Assembly (NCBI GenBank): GCA_963816185.1
Contig: CAWFJJ010000024.1
Coordinates: forward strand, 288,001 to 352,000
Length of the DNA: 64,000 nt
Source: Thermoanaerobaculia bacterium
GTDB lineage: Bacteria > Acidobacteriota > Thermoanaerobaculia > UBA5066
Direction: 5' to 3'
Positions 58,674 through 64,000 of the stretch are shown piece by piece. Under the pieces are notes generated by a model, which searched no databases, was not told the DNA's origin, and saw only the letters and a program-made list of their open reading frames with translations. The position numbers and the translations under genes were made by a program. How positions within the stretch are numbered: position 1 is the first letter of the stretch; each line of letters starts with the position of its first letter.

Positions 58674-59456
58674 TCAGTGGAGGTAGGAGCCGCCGTTCAG
58701 GGGAATGGCGATGCCGTTCGCGTACGAGCCGAGAGGAGACACGAGGTAAAGCACGGCGTTCGCGACGTCGACAGTCGAGGCGACGCGGCCGAGCGGGATC
58801 TGGGAGAGGACCTCGGCCGCCTGTGGGCCGTCCAGCGATTCGCGGACCGCCTCGGTGCGCACCCAGCCGGGGCAGATCGAGTTCGCCGTGATCCCATGCG
58901 GCCCCTCGTTGCGCGCGAGGCAGCGGGCGAGATTCACCAGGCCAGCCTTCGAGACGGCGTAGTCCGGATGGTCCGTTTCGGCCCGGAACGCCGAGCGCGA
59001 GGAGATCATCACGATTCGTCCCCAGCCCTTCTCGCGCATCGCGGGCAAGGCGAGGAAGCTCATGTGCGCGGCCGCCTCGAGGTTCACGGACATCGTCTCC
59101 CTCCACCGCGCGAGCCACGCTGCGTCGTCCGTCTCCTCGAACGGGTTCTTCCGGTAGAAGCCCGCGTTGTTCACGAGGATCGAAGGGGCGCCGAGCCCGG
59201 CGACGACCTCGCGGTAAAGCCGGCGCCTCTCGTCCTCCGACGCGACGTCGGCCTGAACGAGGAGCGGTGTCGCATGCCCGGCCGCGGTGATCGATGCGGC
59301 GACGGCACGCGCCGCATCGCGCGACTTCCCGTAGTGGAGCGCGACGTGCGCGTTCGCCGCCGCGAGCCGCCGCGCGATCGCCGCGCCGATGCCGCGCGAG
59401 GCGCCCGTCACGAGGGCGACCCGGCCCTCGAGGTCCACGGTCACGCCGGCCGTCAC
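58674..59456 (-). CDS. SDR-family oxidoreductase
   Basis: TGASRGIG, NNAG, YAVSK, ICPG. Confidence 0.92.
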   Translation of the reverse strand: MTAGVTVDLEGRVALVTGASRGIGAAIARRLAAANAHVALHYGKSRDAARAVAASITAAGHATPLLVQADVASEDERRRLYREVVAGLGAPSILVNNAGFYRKNPFEETDDAAWLARWRETMSVNLEAAAHMSFLALPAMREKGWGRIVMISSRSAFRAETDHPDYAVSKAGLVNLARCLARNEGPHGITANSICPGWVRTEAVRESLDGPQAAEVLSQIPLGRVASTVDVANAVLYLVSPLGSYANGIAIPLNGGSYLH

Positions 59457-60322
59457 GTCAGCAGGCCCTCGCGACGCTTGCGGGCGCGCACGAGCGCGCC
59501 GATTGCGCCGACGAACTCACCGTGAGGGAGGAAGCGAGCGCGGGCGCCGCCGACCGACGTCGCGAACGCGAGGATGTCCTTCAGGGCGACGTTGCGAAGG
59601 AGCGTGGATCCCGCGTACACGACGTCGAGAGGACCGAGCGTCGCCTCCTGCTTCGAGAGGGCCGCGGCGAGGAGCGCGACGTTCTCGCCGACGAGACCCG
59701 TGATTGCGTGCGCGATGTCGCGTGAGTCGCGGGAGGACACGCGGCCGAGGTTCGACGCCGTGAGGTCGCCTTGGAGCGGGATTTCGCCCGTCGCGTAGAG
59801 ATCCCGCACGAGAAGGTCGATGCGCCGCCGGTCCCCCTGGCCCGCGAGCGCCGTGAGCGCGTCGTGGTCGACCTGGCCGAGGAGGAGCTGTCCGAATCCG
59901 CGGAGGGTGCCGCCGCCGAGGCCGGTGCCGCCCGCACGGGCCACCTTGCCTTCCTGTCCGACGCGCAGGATCGAGGTTCCCGTTCCAAGGCTCACGAGCA
60001 GGTGGGGCATCGTCGGGACGAAGTCGGCCCGCGCCAGGAGAACGCGTTCGCCCTCGCCCCAGGCCTCGAACTCGTCCGTGAGCGCGATCTCTCTCGCGCT
60101 CCTGAAGGCATTTTGCAGGCGGCCCGAGCCTGCGCCCGTGGCCGCAAGAGAGGCGTTCGGGTGTCGGCCCAGAAAAGCCGAAAGCGCGGCCACGTCGCCG
60201 CTCGGGCACACGAGCGTCTGATACGTGCCGGGGTCGTCGAGCACCGCGCCTTCCGCCACGACGACGGCCTTCGCGAGCGTGGCGCCGACGTCGAGGCCCG
60301 CTTCTTCGCGATCGGGCGCCAT
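59453..60322 (-). CDS. Type II (CoaW/fumble-like) pantothenate kinase
   Basis: GLDVGATLAK, TGAG, DEF, SLGTGTS, GGTGLGGGT, DLLVRDLY, ASNLG, GAIGA. Confidence 0.78.
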   Translation of the reverse strand: MAPDREEAGLDVGATLAKAVVVAEGAVLDDPGTYQTLVCPSGDVAALSAFLGRHPNASLAATGAGSGRLQNAFRSAREIALTDEFEAWGEGERVLLARADFVPTMPHLLVSLGTGTSILRVGQEGKVARAGGTGLGGGTLRGFGQLLLGQVDHDALTALAGQGDRRRIDLLVRDLYATGEIPLQGDLTASNLGRVSSRDSRDIAHAITGLVGENVALLAAALSKQEATLGPLDVVYAGSTLLRNVALKDILAFATSVGGARARFLPHGEFVGAIGALVRARKRREGLLT

Positions 60323-61155
60323 CAGGACTTTCGCGGCGCCGCCGCCGGCAGGTTCAGGGTTGAGAGGACGCGCGACGCGATCTCCGTGTAGCCGTTGGGA
60401 CCCGGGTGGAAACGGTCCGGCGAGAGGCGGTCCGGCCGCTCGTCGAAGAGGTCGGCGGTCGGCACGACGCTCGCGCCGGAGACCGAATAGCTCGCCTCCT
60501 CGAGGGCCACATTCCACTTCAGGAGCGTCTCTTTCGCCGTGCGCCTGTCGAAGGTCTCGGGGAACGGGTTGTAGAGGCCGAGGAGCCTGATGGGCGCGGA
60601 GCCGTTCGCTTTGCGGACGAGGAAAAGAATTCTGAGAAGGTTGATAGAAGAATCTTTGAGGGCCGTCGCGGTCGGGTCGGTGGCCGGCTCGCCCGCGCCC
60701 AGCGCCGCCGGGATCGAGTGACTCAGATCGTTGCCGGATATCGACATCAGGATGAGCTGAGCGCTCGCAAGGCGGTGCTGAACTTCCGGCTCTTCTACTT
60801 TTCTAAGCAAATCTTTCGTCTCTATTCCGTCTACTCCCAGATTCTCCACGATGACCGTACGTCCCTCTTTCCGCAGCGCCGCCGCGACGCGCTCCGGGTA
60901 TCCGCCGCTCCCCGCGGTATCGCCCGCGCCCCGCGTGAGAGAGTCGCCGAGCGCGACGATGTGGAAGGCACCCTCCGCCGTGGCGGGCGCCGCGAGGGGG
61001 GCCGGCGTCGGAACGGGAGTCGCGGAAGGATCGACCGGCTCGCCGAGGCGGCCCTGCAGCGCCGCGGTGAAGCCCGCGGCGAAGACGGCCGTGACCGCGA
61101 GACCGAGCGCGGCCGGGAGGAACCACAGGAGGAGGCGGCGGCCGGTGAGCGTCAC
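60322..61155 (-). CDS. SGNH/GDSL hydrolase, membrane anchored
   Basis: ALGDSLT, SGND, GLYNPF, DRFHP. Confidence 0.88.
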   Translation of the reverse strand: MTLTGRRLLLWFLPAALGLAVTAVFAAGFTAALQGRLGEPVDPSATPVPTPAPLAAPATAEGAFHIVALGDSLTRGAGDTAGSGGYPERVAAALRKEGRTVIVENLGVDGIETKDLLRKVEEPEVQHRLASAQLILMSISGNDLSHSIPAALGAGEPATDPTATALKDSSINLLRILFLVRKANGSAPIRLLGLYNPFPETFDRRTAKETLLKWNVALEEASYSVSGASVVPTADLFDERPDRLSPDRFHPGPNGYTEIASRVLSTLNLPAAAPRKS

Positions 61156-61208
61156 GGGGGCGTATTGTGCCGGAACCAAGAACCGGTTCTTGACGCATGG
61201 CGTACAAC

Positions 61209-61949
61209 ATGGTCGTGAGCGCCGCAGACGTCGTCCTGTCCGCCGAAGGGCTCGCGAAGCGCTATGGCGACCGGGACGTCGTCTCGGACGTCTCCTTCGC
61301 GCTCCGCCGCGGCGAGGTGTTCGGGTTCCTCGGGCCGAACGGCGCCGGAAAAACGACGACGATCCGCATGCTCGTCGGCCTCGTGAAGCCGACGCGGGGC
61401 CGAGTCGTCATCGACGGGCACGATCTCGGGCAGCAGTTCGAGGCCGCGATGCGCCGCGTCGGCTGCATCGTTGAGACGCCCGACCTCTACAAGTTCCTGA
61501 CGGGGCGGGAGAACCTCGAGCACTTCGCGCGCATGCTGGGAGACGGGGCGGCGGGTCGCATCGACACCCTCGCGGCGCTCGTGCACATGGACGGCCGCCT
61601 CGACGGCGTCGTGCGCACGTACTCGCTCGGCATGCGCCAGCGCGTCGGGATCGCGCAGGCCCTCCTGTCCGACCCGGCCGTCCTGATCCTCGACGAGCCG
61701 ACGAACGGCCTCGACCCGGCGGGCATCCGCGAGATGCGCGAGCTCGTGCGCCGGCTCGCGGGTGAGCACGGCCTCGCGGTCTTCGTCTCGAGCCACCTGC
61801 TGTCCGAAGTCGAGAAGATGGTGGACCGCATCGCGATCGTTCACCGCGGTCGCACGCTCGCGGCGGGGACGCTCGGCGAGCTGACGGACGGCGGCAGGCG
61901 CGGGCTCGAGGACCTCTTCCTCGAGCTGACGGGCGGGGAGACGGTGTGA
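61209..61949 (+). CDS. ABC transporter ATP-binding protein
   Basis: GPNGAGKTT, YSLGMRQR, LDEPTNGLD, SSH; start may be 61197-61215. Confidence 0.92.
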   Translation: MVVSAADVVLSAEGLAKRYGDRDVVSDVSFALRRGEVFGFLGPNGAGKTTTIRMLVGLVKPTRGRVVIDGHDLGQQFEAAMRRVGCIVETPDLYKFLTGRENLEHFARMLGDGAAGRIDTLAALVHMDGRLDGVVRTYSLGMRQRVGIAQALLSDPAVLILDEPTNGLDPAGIREMRELVRRLAGEHGLAVFVSSHLLSEVEKMVDRIAIVHRGRTLAAGTLGELTDGGRRGLEDLFLELTGGETV

Positions 61950-61971
61950 GCGGCCGCGGCCGGAGAGCGCG

Positions 61972-62979
61972 ATGAGGGTGATGCTGGGGCTGGTCGAGAA
62001 CGAGTGTTTGAAGATTCTTAGAAGGAAGAGATTCAGGATCGTCTTGATCGTCCTGGCCGCGCTCTTGTGTCTCGTGGTCTTTGCCCAGTACCGGCAGCAG
62101 CAGAACCAGCGCAAGGAACATCCGGAGCGCGACTGGAAGGCGCAGGTCGAGAAAAGGGCATCGGACCTCGAGCGGCAAATGAACCAGAGGCGGGGTATCC
62201 CGGAACAGTGGAAACGGTGGATGCGCTACGAGGCTGGAAGACTTCGTTATTACCTTTCCAAGAATCTTAATCCGAATTCCTTGTCCGGCCCGATGTTCAC
62301 GCGCGGGTTCGCGGGCGTCGGGAGCGTGCTCCTGATCCCGCTCCTCATCGCCGTCTTCGGAGCCGATCTCGTCTCGTCGGAGTTCGCGGAGGGCACGATC
62401 ACGTTGCTCCTCACGCGGCCCGTGACCCGCTGGAAAGTGCTCCTTTCGAAGGTCGTCGCGATGATGCTCTTCACGTCGTTGACGCTCCTCGCAGCGTTCC
62501 TTCTCGCGTGGGGCATCTCGGGGGCCGCGTTCGGCTGGTCGGGGTGGGGCGCTCCGATCCTGACGGGCTTCCGCCTGTCGGGCTCCTCGGCTTCGGCCGC
62601 CTTCGACCTGAGGGGCGTGCGTATCGTTCCGCTGTGGCAGGACATGTTCGCCGCGTGGGGCCTCGCCTGGTTCTCGGCCCTCGCGGTCGGGTCGATCACG
62701 CTGCTTTTGTCGGTCGTCTTCCGGTCGGCCGCGGCGGCGATGGGCACGATGATGGCGACGCTCGTGGGCGGCACGATCCTCTCGCGCGTCGCCTCCGATT
62801 GGGACGGCGCAAAGTGGTTCTTCGTGACGAACCTGCCGCTGCCCGACTTCTACGCGGGCCTCCCGACGCCGTTCGAGGGGATGACGCTCGCCTTCTCGGT
62901 GTGGGTCCTTCTCTCGTGGGCCGTCGCGTCGCTCGCGGCCGCTTTCCTGCTGTTCACGACCCGCGACGTGACGGCGTAG
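61972..62979 (+). CDS. ABC-2 type permease
   Basis: ENECLK, SEFAEGTITLLLTRPVTRWKVLLSK, FTTRDV. Confidence 0.88.
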   Translation: MRVMLGLVENECLKILRRKRFRIVLIVLAALLCLVVFAQYRQQQNQRKEHPERDWKAQVEKRASDLERQMNQRRGIPEQWKRWMRYEAGRLRYYLSKNLNPNSLSGPMFTRGFAGVGSVLLIPLLIAVFGADLVSSEFAEGTITLLLTRPVTRWKVLLSKVVAMMLFTSLTLLAAFLLAWGISGAAFGWSGWGAPILTGFRLSGSSASAAFDLRGVRIVPLWQDMFAAWGLAWFSALAVGSITLLLSVVFRSAAAAMGTMMATLVGGTILSRVASDWDGAKWFFVTNLPLPDFYAGLPTPFEGMTLAFSVWVLLSWAVASLAAAFLLFTTRDVTA

Positions 62980-63316
62980 CCCGGGGAGCGGGCGTCGGTC
63001 GAGGTGTCGGCGTGCGGGCTTTCGTCCGCTGTTTCACGTAGCCGGGCCAGCCGTGCGTGACGAGCTGGGAGGCGGCGCCCTCCGCCTCGGCCTTCGTATC
63101 GTAGGGGCCCGCGAAGAGCATCGTGAGCGCCGGGCCGTCGGCGCGTGCGAGCGGCTCCGTCATGACCGGAAAGCCCGCCTTTCGGATGGACTCGACCATC
63201 TGCCTGAGGAACGAGGAGTCGGCGAAGGCCGCGAGCTGCACGACCCAGTCTGCTCGCGCCGCCTCGACGGAGGCGAGCAGGGCGGCAAGGACAATGCCGC
63301 GAAGGAGCGGCCTCAT
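62954..63316 (-). CDS. SPOR-domain protein
   Basis: Signal peptide; WVVQLAAF..AGPYDTKAEAE. Confidence 0.75.
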   Translation of the reverse strand: MRPLLRGIVLAALLASVEAARADWVVQLAAFADSSFLRQMVESIRKAGFPVMTEPLARADGPALTMLFAGPYDTKAEAEGAASQLVTHGWPGYVKQRTKARTPTPRPTPAPRATPSRRGS

Positions 63317-63372
63317 CTCTCGATCGTAGCACCCGGCCGAGCACCGCTCGCCGAGCCTAGAATGGCGCCTTC

Positions 63373-64000
63373 GTGAGCGACTCCTCCGCTTCCTCCGTCC
63401 TGAACGCGATGCTCGAGGAATTCGGCGACAACGCCCCGTTTGCGCTCGAGCTCTACGCGCAGTACCGGCTCGAGCCGGCCTCGGTGGGGGAGTACTGGAA
63501 GCAGGCGTTCCAGGAGATCGAGGAACGCGTCCCGCACGCGATGACAGGCCGGGCCCTGCGTCCGCTCGAGCTCGTCTCCGAGCTCCCGCCAGCCGAGACC
63601 GCCGCAACCGCTCCCGCTGTCTCGCCTGCCGGCCCCGCGCGTCCTCCCGCGTCCGGGCCGCGCGCCGGCGAGCAGGCCGTCGCCATCTCCGGCGGCGCCG
63701 CCACGATCGTGAGGAACATGGAGGCGTCGCTCGGCGTTCCAACCGCCGTCACGAACCGCGTCATCCCCGTCAAGACGATGGAGGAGAACCGCCGCATCCT
63801 GAACCGGCACCGCGAGGCGCTGGGCCTCTCGAAGGTCTCCTTCACGCACTTCGTCGCGTGGGCGATCGTGCGCGCGCTCGAGAAGCACCCGGGGATGAAC
63901 GACGCGTACGGCGAGGCCGGGGGCAAGCCCGTGCGCATCCGCAAGGCGGCCGTGAACCTCGGCATCGCGATCGACATCACGAAGAAGGACGGATCGCGGA
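63373..64000 (+). CDS. sucA: 2-oxoglutarate dehydrogenase E1 with N-terminal acyltransferase-like domain (Kgd type), 3'-partial
   Basis: FGDN..LYAQY..PASV..W; NMEASLGVPTA; KVSFTHFVAWAI; VNLGIAID. Confidence 0.85.
   Translation, partial: MSDSSASSVLNAMLEEFGDNAPFALELYAQYRLEPASVGEYWKQAFQEIEERVPHAMTGRALRPLELVSELPPAETAATAPAVSPAGPARPPASGPRAGEQAVAISGGAATIVRNMEASLGVPTAVTNRVIPVKTMEENRRILNRHREALGLSKVSFTHFVAWAIVRALEKHPGMNDAYGEAGGKPVRIRKAAVNLGIAIDITKKDGSR

Overview
High-GC bacterial chromosomal segment. Gene content (VWFA-type protein, Oar-like TonB receptor, ECF sigma/Ser-Thr kinase pair, wHTH-TolB fusion) suggests Acidobacteriota, probably Thermoanaerobaculia-like; this is inference. Most of the window is housekeeping, envelope or signalling genes: asnS, rimO, ribF, a nuoB-CD-I block, a MacAB-type exporter, an M16 peptidase pair, a GGDEF cyclase, a sensor kinase and partial sucA/kgd. 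The standout is ~45.33-50.92 kb, an integrase-less integron cassette array directly after nuoI. It contains an attI-like site, a HEPN-like cassette, attC1, a hicBA cassette and a truncated attC2. An IS481 element sits just before attC1. Two different IS1111-type (IS110 family) elements sit inside attC1, 23 bp apart, and removing them restores a canonical 60-bp attC. Each IS1111 element has a downstream non-coding region that folds into a bridge/seekRNA-like internal loop whose guides match its own insertion point, including a 10/10 match to the post-insertion junction. Other observations: a palindromic MITE-like element inserted in frame in a DNA glycosylase gene, probable ATC start codons, many apparently leaderless genes, a sigma-54 promoter, and several single-base frameshifts that are probably assembly errors. 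No rRNA, tRNA or CRISPR array was seen.
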